A stretch of DNA of 64,000 nt from Spirochaetia bacterium (GTDB lineage: Bacteria; Spirochaetota; Spirochaetia; SZUA-6; Bin103): NCBI GenBank assembly GCA_965199955.1, contig CBDATQ010000001.1:1568001-1632000 (forward strand). The letters run 5' to 3'. The notes below the pieces were generated by a model. The model had not been told where the DNA came from, did not search any database, and worked only from the letters and a program-made list of their open reading frames with translations. The translations under genes and the position numbers were made by a program. Below are positions 1 through 9,871 of this stretch, piece after piece (position 1 is the stretch's first letter; the number at the start of each line of letters is the position of its first letter).

Positions 1-343
1 CAGCAGGTTGCTCACGTCGCTTCAGTACGTGCTGATGGCGCTGGCCATCGCCGTGGCGCTGCAGACCATCGGCATCGCGCTTGTGGTGACCCTGATGGTG
101 GCGCCGGCCGCCGCGGCGCTGCAGGTCGTCCGCCGCTTCCATCACGCCGTGCTGGTGGCGGCCGGGATCGGCGTCGGCTCCGGCGCTGTCGGCCTGTACC
201 TGTCCTACCACCTGAGCGTAGCATCGGGCGCGGCAGTCGCACTGGTGTGCGTCGTCGTCTTTCTGATCATCTCCGCGCTGGCTCGTGCGCTTCGGGCCGC
301 GCCTGCCGAGGAGCCCTATGGAACGGCAGACCCGACAACGTGA
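1..343 (+). CDS. Metal (Zn/Mn) ABC transporter permease, ABC-3 family, 5'-truncated by the window edge
   Basis: Hydrophobic C-terminal half with LQTIGIALV...PAAAA...GLYLSY..SGA pattern typical of ZnuB/MntB; overlaps a Fur-family gene. Confidence 0.85.
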   Translation, partial: SRLLTSLQYVLMALAIAVALQTIGIALVVTLMVAPAAAALQVVRRFHHAVLVAAGIGVGSGAVGLYLSYHLSVASGAAVALVCVVVFLIISALARALRAAPAEEPYGTADPTT

Positions 344-701
344 CGCGATCCAGGCGGTTATCGAGTCGTATGACCGGCCGCTGAGCCCCACGGAGCTCTG
401 CGATGCGGCTCGCGAGCACCTGCCCCGCCTCGGCATTGCCACGGTGTACCGCGCCATCCGCGACTTGGTGGAGTCCGGGTGGCTGCGGACGGTGGAGATC
501 CCCGGTGCGCCGGCCCGCTACGAGCGCGCCGGAAAGCCGCACCATCACCACTTCCTGTGCCGAATCTGCAACGCGCTGTGGGAGGTGACCGGGTGCCTGC
601 GCGGCGTCGACACGCTAGCTCCGGCTGGCTTCGTCATCGAAGGACACGAGCTCACCCTGTACGGGCTGTGCAGCGGTTGCCGCAGCGCGAACGCGGGGTG
701 A
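318..701 (+). CDS. Fur-family metal-responsive transcriptional regulator (Zur-like)
   Basis: TRQR..I, ATVYR, HHHHFLCxxC and GLCxxC motifs; ATG at 318 after GAGGAG. Confidence 0.93.
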   Translation: MERQTRQRDAIQAVIESYDRPLSPTELCDAAREHLPRLGIATVYRAIRDLVESGWLRTVEIPGAPARYERAGKPHHHHFLCRICNALWEVTGCLRGVDTLAPAGFVIEGHELTLYGLCSGCRSANAG

Positions 702-1072
702 TTACGCCACGCGCAAGGCCGACACGTAACTATCGGAGTTACTGCGTCGGAGCCCTCGTCCACATCCGAGAAATTCGTGATGCTGACATGCCCCCGTGGA
801 AACTCGGCGATGATGTTCAGCCGACCGCCCATAGCCTCGATGTAGGCGCGAAGATTCGAGACGTACATGTCCGTGCGCCGTTCCAGCTTGGCAACGGCAG
901 GCTGATTCACGTGCAGGGCTTCGCACAGCGCTCTCCGAGTCATCGCGCGAGCGTGCCGCAGCTCGTGGAGCGGCATAGCCGCCCGTAGTTCCGCTTTCCT
1001 GGCTTCCACTCGCTTGCGCCGCTCGGGAGTGAAGCTGTCCGTCAGCTCGCGAAGGTCATGGCGTCCGCTCAT
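545..1072 (-). CDS. XRE-family HTH antitoxin (HigA-like), orphan, with read-through C-terminal tail
   Basis: LHELRHARAMT...VNQPAVAKLERRTDMYVSNLRAYIEAMGG; ATG 1072 with AAGGAGG; domain ends near 750 but the frame stays open to 545, antisense over fur. Confidence 0.8.
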   Translation of the reverse strand: MSGRHDLRELTDSFTPERRKRVEARKAELRAAMPLHELRHARAMTRRALCEALHVNQPAVAKLERRTDMYVSNLRAYIEAMGGRLNIIAEFPRGHVSITNFSDVDEGSDAVTPIVTCRPCAWRNHPAFALRQPLHSPYRVSSCPSMTKPAGASVSTPRRHPVTSHSALQIRHRKW

Positions 1073-1101
1073 CGAATGAGTCCCTCCTTGATGGAATGTC
1101 G

Positions 1102-2148
1102 TCAAGGTACCGACGGCCTGACCGGGCGGTCTTCGCGGGCGGATTGCAGCACCGCCTCGGTGGCGGCCAGGGTCGCCAGGCCGTCCGGGCCGGAGACGAG
1201 CGGCTCCGCGCGACCGCGGATGACTTCGCAGAAATGGGATAGCTGGGCGGCGACGGGGTCGACCGCGTCCACCGGCAGCGGGGTCCCCGACAGGGGGTGA
1301 TGCCAGCCGGTCTCGCCGGGGTGGCGCCAGAGCGTCAGCCGCGGGAACGACAGGGACCCCGCCGTGCCGAGCAGGTAGTAGCAGTTCCGGTCGGTGCGCG
1401 TGTAGAGCGGATTCTCGTGCGTAGTCAGCTCGTACGACCACGGCGACACGACGGCGTCGGAGGCGGCGATCGAGCCGAGCGCGCCGCCGGCCAGGCGCAG
1501 CGTGATCGCCACCGAGTCCTCGACTGCCAAGCCCCGGGCCGTGGAGCTTGAGGCCGCGTACACGCTCTCGATCTCGCCGCCGAGGTGGCGGATCAGGTCG
1601 ATCTCGTGGATGAGGTTGGTGAGGACCGGTCCGCCGCCGGGGCCGGTGCGCCAGCCGACCGCGTAGTAGTCGTCCGGCTTGCGCACGAACCAGAGCGCGG
1701 TGAAGCTCACCAGGCGGCCCAGATCGCCGCGCTCGAGCACCTTCCTGGCGCGTCGCACGTAGGCGCTGTGGCGGCGGTGCTGGCCGACCAGCACCGGGAC
1801 GCCGCGGCGGGCGGCTTCCTCGACCAGTGCGCTGCCGTCCGCAGTGGTAGCCGCGATCGGCTTCTCCACAAGCATCGGCACTCCGGCTTCCGCGCAGGGC
1901 ACGCCGCAGCCGCGGTGCTCGGCGTTCGGCGTGGCGATGATCGCCCCGTCGACCGGCTCGCGTCGCAACAGCTCCGGGAGGTCGCTGTACCGGGGGCACT
2001 CGCCGCGGGCGGCCTGCCCGGCCAGTGCGGGATGGGGGTCGCAGACCGCGGCCAGGACGCACTCGGCGTTCGCGCGGATCCGCTCTATGTGGCTGCGGCC
2101 CATGACGCCGGCGCCGATCACCGCCAGGCGCAGCGGCGTGGAGGTCAC
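1102..2148 (-). CDS. Gfo/Idh/MocA-family oxidoreductase
   Basis: LAVIGAGVMG Rossmann motif, EKP, GGP..NLIHEID; GTG start overlaps upstream stop (GTGA). Confidence 0.92.
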   Translation of the reverse strand: MTSTPLRLAVIGAGVMGRSHIERIRANAECVLAAVCDPHPALAGQAARGECPRYSDLPELLRREPVDGAIIATPNAEHRGCGVPCAEAGVPMLVEKPIAATTADGSALVEEAARRGVPVLVGQHRRHSAYVRRARKVLERGDLGRLVSFTALWFVRKPDDYYAVGWRTGPGGGPVLTNLIHEIDLIRHLGGEIESVYAASSSTARGLAVEDSVAITLRLAGGALGSIAASDAVVSPWSYELTTHENPLYTRTDRNCYYLLGTAGSLSFPRLTLWRHPGETGWHHPLSGTPLPVDAVDPVAAQLSHFCEVIRGRAEPLVSGPDGLATLAATEAVLQSAREDRPVRPSVP

Positions 2149-3215
2149 CGACGCGACAGGTAGGTGCCGATACGCTCCAGGCCGGCATCGATCTTGTCTG
2201 CGTCGAGCGCGTACGACAGGCGCACGCGGTCGGGGGCGCCGAACCACTCGCCCAGATAGGTGATCACCTGGTGGCGCTCGAACATCTCGCTGACGAACCC
2301 GTACGGGTCGTCGACCTTCGGCAGCACGTAGAACGCGCCCTCGGGCTTCCACAGGTCGAGCCCCAGGTCCGACAGCCCGGCGTAGATCAGGTCGCGGCGC
2401 TCGCGCCAGATGACGAGCTGGTCCTCGACGTAGGAAGGCGGCGCGCTCAGGGCGGCCAGCGCCATCTGCTGGCCCAGGATGTTGGTGTTCATGGAGGTGT
2501 GCGTCTTCATCTCGATGACGCCCTGCACGAACTCCGTGTCCTCCGACCACAGGTAGCCGACGCGGAAGCCGCACATCGCGTAGGTCTTGGAGAACGAGTC
2601 GATGGTGACGACGTGAGGTCCGGCGAGCGTGTGCGTCTCGCTCACGTAGATCAGGTCCTTGTACACGGCGTCCGAAAGCAGGTAGATGCCGAGGTCGCGG
2701 GTCAGCTCCTCGATCCGCTGCAGCGTCTCCACCGGCTGCACGCGGCCGGTGGGATTGGCGGGCGAGTTGATGAGCACCGCCGCGCAGTCGCCCACCTTGT
2801 CGGCGAAATCCTCGATGTCGATGCAGCCGTCGACCGTGTCGGTGTACACGGGCTCCAGGCCGGCGTACCGCACCGCGGGCGGATACGAGTAGTAGTAGGG
2901 GCGTGCCATGAGCACGCGCCGCCGATCGGCCGGGCACGTGTGGCCGATGTGGCGGAGCGCCAGGTCGAGCGCCTCGCTGGCGCCGTTGGTGACGACGAAG
3001 CTGTCGGGCGTCGAGCCCGGGTAGATCGGGGAGAGCGCCTCGCGCAGCTCGGCGCTGCCGGAGATGAGGCCGTACTTGAAGTCCCGGTAGTCGGCAAGCA
3101 CCCGGAACGCTTCCGGCGGCGGCGGCAGGTCCGGCTGCCCGGACCCGAAGGAGATGATGTCGCCGCCCCGCACGCCGATGAACGTGGCCGGAGACAGCCG
3201 CTTACTTACCTGCAT
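2145..3215 (-). CDS. PLP-dependent aminotransferase class I/II
   Basis: GQPD, NGASEAL, NSPANPTG, SDAVY, SFSKTYAMCGFRVG, PEGAFY motifs. Confidence 0.93.
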   Translation of the reverse strand: MQVSKRLSPATFIGVRGGDIISFGSGQPDLPPPPEAFRVLADYRDFKYGLISGSAELREALSPIYPGSTPDSFVVTNGASEALDLALRHIGHTCPADRRRVLMARPYYYSYPPAVRYAGLEPVYTDTVDGCIDIEDFADKVGDCAAVLINSPANPTGRVQPVETLQRIEELTRDLGIYLLSDAVYKDLIYVSETHTLAGPHVVTIDSFSKTYAMCGFRVGYLWSEDTEFVQGVIEMKTHTSMNTNILGQQMALAALSAPPSYVEDQLVIWRERRDLIYAGLSDLGLDLWKPEGAFYVLPKVDDPYGFVSEMFERHQVITYLGEWFGAPDRVRLSYALDADKIDAGLERIGTYLSRR

Positions 3216-3257
3216 GTCGTGACTGTACCAGACTATCGGCACACCGGACGCAGTCGC

Positions 3258-4394
3258 TCAAGGGTCGGCGATGCTGCCGTCCGCCCGGGTCGGTCCGTCG
3301 CCGCGCGGCACGCGGCGGAAGGGGCTGGCCTCAAGCGCGTCCTCGTCCAGGTCGACGCCCAGGCCGGGGATGTCCGGAACCAGCAGGTTGCCGCCCTCGA
3401 TCGTCCAGGCGTCCCGCATCGCGGTGTCGCGGTAGGTGTCCTGGCGGACGAACTCCAGGATCAGGAAGTTCGGGATCGACATGCCGAGGTGCGCGGCGGC
3501 GGCCGTGGACAGCGGGCCCTGCGGGTTGTGCGGCGCGAGCTGCACGTAGTAGGCCTCCGCCAGCGCGGCGATCTTCCTGACCTCGGAGATGCCGCCGGCG
3601 TGGCAGAGGTCGGGCTGGATCACGTCCACCAGCCGCTGCTCGAGGAGCGGCCTGTAGTCCCACTTGGAGTAGAGGCGCTCGCCGGTGGCGATGTCCATCG
3701 GCGGGTCGGCGTGGCGTAGCCGGATCAGGCCCTCCAGGTCGTCCGGCTGGGTGGTCTCCTCCAGGAAGAGCAGATCGAAGGGCGCGAGTGCCCGCATCAG
3801 CCGGGCCGCGCTCGACGGCCGGCCGCGGCCGTGGTCGTCGATCATGATGTCGACCGAGGCGCCGATGGTGTCGCGCAGCAGCGTGAGCCGCTCGGTGAAG
3901 ATGCGCAGGCGCTCCGCCTCGGGAAGCAGCATGTCGTCGCGCCAGGAGCCGGTCTTCATCGCCGTGAAGCCGTCCGCGACGTCGCGCTGGGCGTCCGCGA
4001 CCATCTCGTCCGGATCGTAGATGCCGACGTGGGTGTAGAGACGGATGTGATCGCGGGTGGGACCGCCGAGCAGCCGATGCACCGGCACGCCCCACGCCTT
4101 GCCACGCAGGTCCCACAGGGCTTGGTCCAGGCCGGCGATGGCCGAATTGACTACCGGGCCGCCCCGCCAGAAACCGTGCCGGTAGAGGCGCTGCCAGTGG
4201 TGCTCCACGGGCAGCGGGTCGCGGCCGATCAGCACCGCGCCCAGCTCGGCGATCGCCGCCTGCACCGTCCGTTCCTTGCCTTCCAGGGTCGCCTCGCCCC
4301 AGCCGAACAGCTCGGTGTCGGTGCACACCTTCACGATCACCCAGTTGCGCCGGCCGCCCCAGGTGACCGTGGTGCTGATGTCCTTGATCTTCAC
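3258..4394 (-). CDS. Mandelate racemase/muconate lactonizing family dehydratase (galactonate dehydratase-like)
   Basis: GWGEATLEG, DQALWDL.GK, DDHGR, ATGERL, QPDLCHAGG, PHNPQG. Confidence 0.9.
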   Translation of the reverse strand: MKIKDISTTVTWGGRRNWVIVKVCTDTELFGWGEATLEGKERTVQAAIAELGAVLIGRDPLPVEHHWQRLYRHGFWRGGPVVNSAIAGLDQALWDLRGKAWGVPVHRLLGGPTRDHIRLYTHVGIYDPDEMVADAQRDVADGFTAMKTGSWRDDMLLPEAERLRIFTERLTLLRDTIGASVDIMIDDHGRGRPSSAARLMRALAPFDLLFLEETTQPDDLEGLIRLRHADPPMDIATGERLYSKWDYRPLLEQRLVDVIQPDLCHAGGISEVRKIAALAEAYYVQLAPHNPQGPLSTAAAAHLGMSIPNFLILEFVRQDTYRDTAMRDAWTIEGGNLLVPDIPGLGVDLDEDALEASPFRRVPRGDGPTRADGSIADP

Positions 4395-4852
4395 GTCGCT
4401 TCCCGTGCCGGCGGCGGCGCGTGGTCGAAGCGCATGCCGTTGGTGGTGTGCCGGAAACCGAGCTTGCGGTAGAACGGCAGCACGGAGTCCTCGCAGTACA
4501 GCACGGTCTTGTAGCAGCCGGCCGCCTCTGCGCGCGCCAGCAGGTACTCGATCACCGCCCGGCCGACGCCCGCACGCTGACGGTCCGCGGCGACCGCCAC
4601 GTCCTCGATGTGGGCTGCGGTGCTGCCGCCGTACAGGAACTTGCGCAGCAGGTACAGCGTGCCGGTGCCGACGATGCGGCCGTCCTGCTCGGCGACCGCG
4701 ACGACCGTGTCCGGGGTCCGCCGGATCTGCGCGAAGATGGCCGCGGCCACGCCCGGATCGACGTCGCGGGCGGGTCGGAGGGCGTCCAGCGTCTCGAAGA
4801 AGCCGTTGCGCAGGTCGCCGGCTTGGAGCTCGCGGATGCGGAGGTCGGGCAT
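4391..4852 (-). CDS. GNAT acetyltransferase, glucosamine-6-phosphate N-acetyltransferase (GNA1)-like
   Basis: RKFLYGG..AHIEDVAV...QRAGVG...GCYKTVLYC...FYRKLGF resembles the GNA1 signature. Confidence 0.8.
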   Translation of the reverse strand: MPDLRIRELQAGDLRNGFFETLDALRPARDVDPGVAAAIFAQIRRTPDTVVAVAEQDGRIVGTGTLYLLRKFLYGGSTAAHIEDVAVAADRQRAGVGRAVIEYLLARAEAAGCYKTVLYCEDSVLPFYRKLGFRHTTNGMRFDHAPPPAREAT

Positions 4853-4913
4853 GGCGGCACCGTACGCGATACCCGCGGTGTCGTCATGTCGTATCCTGCG
4901 CGCGGGAGGAACG

Positions 4914-5660
4914 ATGGGACGATTCGAGGGCAAGGTGGCGTTGGTCACCGGCGGCGGCACCGGCATCGGCCGGGCGACGTCGCTGATGCTGGCGGCAGAG
5001 GGTGCAGCGGTCGCGGTCAACTATTCGCGTTCGCGTGAGGACGCGGAGCGTACAGTGGCCGACGCGCAGGCGCACGGCGTGCGCGCCGTGGCGTGCCAGG
5101 CAGACGTGGCCGATGACGCGGCGGTGACGGCCATGGTCGACTCGGTGGTTGCCGAGCTGGGCGGGTTGGACTTTCTGATCAACAGCGCCGGCATCACGCG
5201 CCCGGTGCCGCTGGGCGACGTGGACGGCATCACACCGGAGGACTTCCAGCGGATTTTCGCGATCAACGCGTACGGGGTGTTCTGGTGTTGTCGGGCGGCG
5301 ATCCGCCACATGCGGCGCGCCGGCGGCGGCCATATCGTCACGGTCGCTTCCCTGGCCGGGTTCAACGGGCAGGGAAGCTCGCTGGTGTATGGCTCCAGCA
5401 AGGCCGCGGCGATCGCGCTCACGCGCGGCCTGGCGGCCAGTCACGCACCTGACATCCAGGTCAATGCGGTCGCGCCGGGGCTGGTCGAGACCCGCTGGAT
5501 CGACGATTTCAGTCCGGAGACGATCCAGGCCATCGCCGGCCAGATCCCCATGGGCCGGATCGCGCAGCCCCAAGACGTGGCCGACGCCATTTTCGGGCTG
5601 CTGATCTCCCGCTACATCACCGGCGAGGTGGTGCTGGTCTCCGGAGGGCGAACGCGCTAG
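4914..5660 (+). CDS. Short-chain dehydrogenase/reductase (FabG-like)
   Basis: TGGGTGIG, NSAG, YGSSK, VNAVAPG; ATG after GGAGG. Confidence 0.93.
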   Translation: MGRFEGKVALVTGGGTGIGRATSLMLAAEGAAVAVNYSRSREDAERTVADAQAHGVRAVACQADVADDAAVTAMVDSVVAELGGLDFLINSAGITRPVPLGDVDGITPEDFQRIFAINAYGVFWCCRAAIRHMRRAGGGHIVTVASLAGFNGQGSSLVYGSSKAAAIALTRGLAASHAPDIQVNAVAPGLVETRWIDDFSPETIQAIAGQIPMGRIAQPQDVADAIFGLLISRYITGEVVLVSGGRTR

Positions 5661-5742
5661 AGCAGCCCGGTTACGAACCTGTAACATCGCCGTAAAGGAG
5701 CAGGCACATGGAGTTGTTACGTTCGCAGGGCGGCAGGCACGC

Positions 5743-6846
5743 ATGATCATCGACGGCCACGCACACGTCTTTCCGCGCCTCGGCTCCGCTCCGCCGGAGC
5801 TGGCCGAGCTGCAGCTTCGCTTCCTGCAGCACCACGTGCAGTACCACCCGCAGGGGTTCCGGCGCGCGGCCGACGGGGCCCGCCTCTTGGCATCGCCGAT
5901 CGCTCCCGACGGCGACGGTCTGGACGACATGCCGGAGGCCGAGGTGCGGGTCGGCCGCCACGGCCGGCTGGAGTTTCGCGTGGGCGGACAGGAGTACTAC
6001 CTGCCGTGGTATCCGCCGTCGCTCGACGAGCTGGAAGCGACGCCGGAGGCGCTGATCGCGCAGATGGATTACGCCGGGGTGGACCGGGCCGTGATCCAGC
6101 ACGACCACCTGTACGGCCGCCTGGACGACTACCTGCCGGACGTGCGGCGGCGCTTTCCGCGCCTGCTGCCGCTGGCGCAGATCGACGAGTGGAGCGGCGA
6201 CCTGGAAGGCGAGGCGGCGCGTCTGCGCCGCCAGCTCGACGGCGGCTGCGTGGGACTCTACTTCTGCGTGGAGGCGCTTGCCATGCTCGACTTCCGGCGC
6301 TCCTTCGACGACCCCTGCTTCGAGCCGGTATGGGCGCTGGTAACCGAGCGCGGCGTCCCGGTGTTCTGGTATCTGTACACCTCGCAGCGTGACCGACTGG
6401 GTTCCTACCTGGAGCAGGTTTGCCGCCTGGACCGCTGGGCGCAGGCCCACCCGGAGATACCGTGCATCTACACCCATGGCATCGAGTCGATCGTCCTCCG
6501 CCCGCGGGCGGAGCGGTTCCGGATCCCGGACAAGGTTCTGGCGTGCTGCTCACGTCCCAACGTGCACCTGGAGGTGATGCTGCATCTCATGGCGCCCGAC
6601 ACCGAGTACCCGTACGCGTGGGCGATGCCGATCCTGGAGCGCCTCTACCGGGAGCTGGGGCCCGACAAGCTGATCTGGGGCTCGGACATGCCGGCCGCGC
6701 TGCGTTCGTGCACCTACCGCCAGTCGATGGACTACGTGCTGCGGCACGCCGGGTTCATGGCCGCCGCCGACCTGGACCTGTTCTTGGGCGGCAACCTGGC
6801 TCGGTTGCTACATGTGAGACCTGAATCATCGGAGGACGACACCTGA
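5743..6846 (+). CDS. Amidohydrolase family 2 metallohydrolase
   Basis: IIDGHAH metal motif and WGSDMP. Confidence 0.85.
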   Translation: MIIDGHAHVFPRLGSAPPELAELQLRFLQHHVQYHPQGFRRAADGARLLASPIAPDGDGLDDMPEAEVRVGRHGRLEFRVGGQEYYLPWYPPSLDELEATPEALIAQMDYAGVDRAVIQHDHLYGRLDDYLPDVRRRFPRLLPLAQIDEWSGDLEGEAARLRRQLDGGCVGLYFCVEALAMLDFRRSFDDPCFEPVWALVTERGVPVFWYLYTSQRDRLGSYLEQVCRLDRWAQAHPEIPCIYTHGIESIVLRPRAERFRIPDKVLACCSRPNVHLEVMLHLMAPDTEYPYAWAMPILERLYRELGPDKLIWGSDMPAALRSCTYRQSMDYVLRHAGFMAAADLDLFLGGNLARLLHVRPESSEDDT

Positions 6847-6847
6847 C

Positions 6848-7846
6848 GTGGACATTCGCGAGATAACGGCCGAGGTCGAGCGCGAGGGCGGCACCCTGGC
6901 GCAGGTGCGGAGCGAGCTGCGCAAGCAGATCATCGGCCAGGACCGGCTGCTCGACCGGCTCCTGATCGGCCTGATCTCCAACGCCCACCTGCTGATCGAA
7001 GGCGTTCCCGGACTGGCCAAGACGCTGGCGGTCACCACCCTGGCGCAGGCGATCCGCTCCACCTTCCGCCGCATCCAGTTCACGCCCGACCTGCTGCCGG
7101 CCGACCTGGTCGGCACCCTCGTCTACCACCCCGGATCCGGCGAGTTCACGACCAAGAAGGGACCGATCTTCGCCAACATCGTGCTGGCGGACGAGATCAA
7201 CCGCGCCCCTGCCAAGGTGCAGAGCGCGCTGCTGGAGGCGATGCAGGAGCGCCAGGTGACCATCGGCGACGCCACCCATCCGCTCGACGACCCGTTCATG
7301 GTGCTGGCCACGCAGAATCCGATCGAGCAGGAGGGCACGTACCCGCTGCCGGAGGCGCAGGTCGACCGCTTCATGCTGAAGGTGGTGGTCGGCTACCCCG
7401 ACCGTGACGAGGAGCTGGCCATCGTGCGGCGCGTGGCCCGTACCGAGCCGCCGCAGCCCGTCGAGGGCGTCCTGGAACCGGCCGACTTCGCGCGGCTGCG
7501 AGCGCTGGCCGACCGCATCTACCTCGACGAGAAGGTGGAGGAGTACATCGTCGACCTGGTGCGCTCGACGCGGGAGCCCGCGGCCCTTGACCTCAGAATT
7601 GGCGGGCTCGACGTCGGCAACCTGATCGAGTACGGTGCCTCGCCGCGCGCCACCATCTACCTGACGCTCGCGGCTCGCGCCTGGGCGCTGCTGCAGGGCC
7701 GCGGCTTCGTCACGCCGCAGGACGTCAAGACCATGGCGCCCGACGTGCTCCGCCACCGGGTGATCGTCACCTACGAGGCGGAGGCCGAGGAGCGCACCTC
7801 CGACGACCTGATCGCCCTCGTCCTCGAATCGCTGCCAGTGCCCTGA
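6848..7846 (+). CDS. moxR: MoxR-family AAA+ ATPase
   Basis: EGVPGLAKT, RIQFTPDLLPAD, LADEINRAPAKVQSALLEAM, ATQNPIEQEGTYPLPEAQVDRF, GASPR. Confidence 0.96.
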   Translation: MDIREITAEVEREGGTLAQVRSELRKQIIGQDRLLDRLLIGLISNAHLLIEGVPGLAKTLAVTTLAQAIRSTFRRIQFTPDLLPADLVGTLVYHPGSGEFTTKKGPIFANIVLADEINRAPAKVQSALLEAMQERQVTIGDATHPLDDPFMVLATQNPIEQEGTYPLPEAQVDRFMLKVVVGYPDRDEELAIVRRVARTEPPQPVEGVLEPADFARLRALADRIYLDEKVEEYIVDLVRSTREPAALDLRIGGLDVGNLIEYGASPRATIYLTLAARAWALLQGRGFVTPQDVKTMAPDVLRHRVIVTYEAEAEERTSDDLIALVLESLPVP

Positions 7847-7858
7847 TCGTTCCAGCAC

Positions 7859-8818
7859 ATGATCTCCGCCGAGCTCATCCGCAAGATCCGCTACATCCAG
7901 CTTCGCACGCGCCGCACGGTGACCACCGCGTTCGCCGGCGAGTACCGCAGCGTGTTCCGCGGGCAGGGCATGGAGTTCGACGAGGTGCGCGAGTACCAGC
8001 CCGGCGACGACGTGGGCTCAATCGACTGGAACGTCACCGCCCGCACCGGCCGGCCGCACGTGAAACGGTTCGTGGAGGAGCGGGAGCTGACCGTGTTCTT
8101 CGTGGTCGACATGTCCGCCTCCGGCCGTTTCGGCTCGACAGGCAGGGCCAAGACCGAGGTGGCGGCCGAGCTCGCCGCGGTGGTCTCCTTCGCCGCCGCC
8201 CGCCAGAACGACCGCGTCGGGCTGCTGGCCTTCAGCGACCGCATCGAGCTGTTCGTGCCGGCCAAGAAGGGCATCACGCACGTGCTGCGCATCGTTCGCG
8301 AGATCCTGTCGATCCAGCCGGCAGGAACCGGCACCGATCTGGCCGGCGCGATGCGCTACCTGAACCTGGTGCTGCGCAGGCGGGCGACGGTGTTCCTGAT
8401 CTCGGACTTCCTGGACGGCGGTCAGGCAGGCACCCGAACGCCGTGGCGGTCGCGGCTGACCGTCGGCCGGGAAGCGAGCGGCGAGACCGCGGCGCCGATC
8501 GCCTCCACCACCGACCTGCGCATGGCTGCACGCCGCCACGACCTGATCGCGGCGTCCATCTTCGACCCGCGCGAGGCGGAGCTGCCTTCCGCCGGCATGG
8601 TCGAGCTGGAGGACGCCGAGTCGGGGCGCCTGGCGCTGCTGGACACCGGCAGCCGCCGCGTGCGGCGCGACTACGAGCGGCGCGCGCGCGAGCGGCGCGA
8701 GGCGCTCAGCTGGCAGCTCCGCGAGCTCGGCATCGACGAGATCCCGATCCGCACCGACGCGGGCTGGGTCGATCGGCTGGTGCGCTTCTTCCGGATGCGG
8801 GAGAGGAGGGCAGCCTGA
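7859..8818 (+). CDS. DUF58 domain vWA-like protein
   Basis: GEYRSVFRGQGMEFDEVREYQPGDD..IDWNVTAR, VDMSAS, ISDFL. Confidence 0.93.
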   Translation: MISAELIRKIRYIQLRTRRTVTTAFAGEYRSVFRGQGMEFDEVREYQPGDDVGSIDWNVTARTGRPHVKRFVEERELTVFFVVDMSASGRFGSTGRAKTEVAAELAAVVSFAAARQNDRVGLLAFSDRIELFVPAKKGITHVLRIVREILSIQPAGTGTDLAGAMRYLNLVLRRRATVFLISDFLDGGQAGTRTPWRSRLTVGREASGETAAPIASTTDLRMAARRHDLIAASIFDPREAELPSAGMVELEDAESGRLALLDTGSRRVRRDYERRARERREALSWQLRELGIDEIPIRTDAGWVDRLVRFFRMRERRAA

Positions 8819-9871
8819 GCCTGAGGGGGCGGGCCGCGGTGATCGTGGCGGGTGCGCTCACGACCGTCATCGCGGCCGCGCTGATCACCGGCTGCACGCC
8901 GGGCGTGGCTGAGGGCGCGGCCCCGGCGTGGGAGATCGACCATGCCTACGGCGAGGATCCGGTCGCCGTGCGCCTGCGCGTGGATCGGCTGCGCATCACC
9001 ACGGCCCAGACCGTCCAGGTCGAGGTTGAGGTGGACGCTCCCGAAGGGGTGCTGGTGCGGCTGCCGAACCCTGAGCAGTTCGCGGACTCGGGGTTCCAGG
9101 TCGCGCCCCGCACCGAGCCGCCGGCCCTCGTCGACGACGGGCGCACCCGGCACCTGCGCCGCTTCCGGCTGGAGCCGTTCCTGGCCGGCGACTATCCGAT
9201 CCCGGAGCTGGCCGTCGGCTGGCTGGCGCCCGGCGGGGAGCCCGCCGGCCTTTCGACCGGCGCGCTGACCGTGCAGGTGAGCTCCGTGCTCGGCGATACC
9301 GGCTCGGCGGCTGTCTCGGAGGACCTCCCGGAGCTGCGCGAGGTGGGCGATCCGATCCGGGCGCCGCTGCGCTGGTGGCGTCCGGCGCTGGCCCGGCGTC
9401 GCCGCACTGGCGGTGGCCGCGGCGGTCGTGGCGGCGATCCGCCGGCGGCGGCGCGTGGCTGCGAGCCGGCCGGTGCCCATCGAGCCGCCCGGCGTCGTGG
9501 CGCTGCGCGCGCTGGATGAGCTGGAGCGTGACCCGGCCCTCAAGGCGGACCTGGACCGGTTCTACGTGACGGTATCGTCGATCCTGCGCGCGTACCTGGA
9601 GGGACGGTTCGGCCTACGCGCGCCCGAGCAGACCACGGAGGAGTTCCTGGCGGCCGCCGAGGCGGAGCCGGCCTTCGATCGCGAGCAGCAGCGGACGCTC
9701 CGCGCGTTTCTGGCCGCCTGCGACGCGGTCAAGTTCGCCCGCGCGCGGCCGTCGGCGGGCCAGACCGCGCGCATCATCGACACCGCCCGTGGCTTCGTGC
9801 AGGCGACGGCGCATGCTGACGCGACGGAGGTATCCGCGCCCGCACCGGCCGCCGGGGAGGCGCCGCGGTGA
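8815..9871 (+). CDS. Bat-operon membrane/lipoprotein (DUF4381-like), apparent +1 frameshift near 9393
   Basis: Lipobox LITGC; frame switch before the TM helix; C-terminal LRAYLEGRFG..APEQTTEEFL...CDAVKFAR typical of this operon position. Confidence 0.75.

Noticed and set aside
545..2188. 547-aa ORF as a single protein
   Set aside because: It is an out-of-frame shadow of the oxidoreductase joined to the real XRE gene that starts at 1072.
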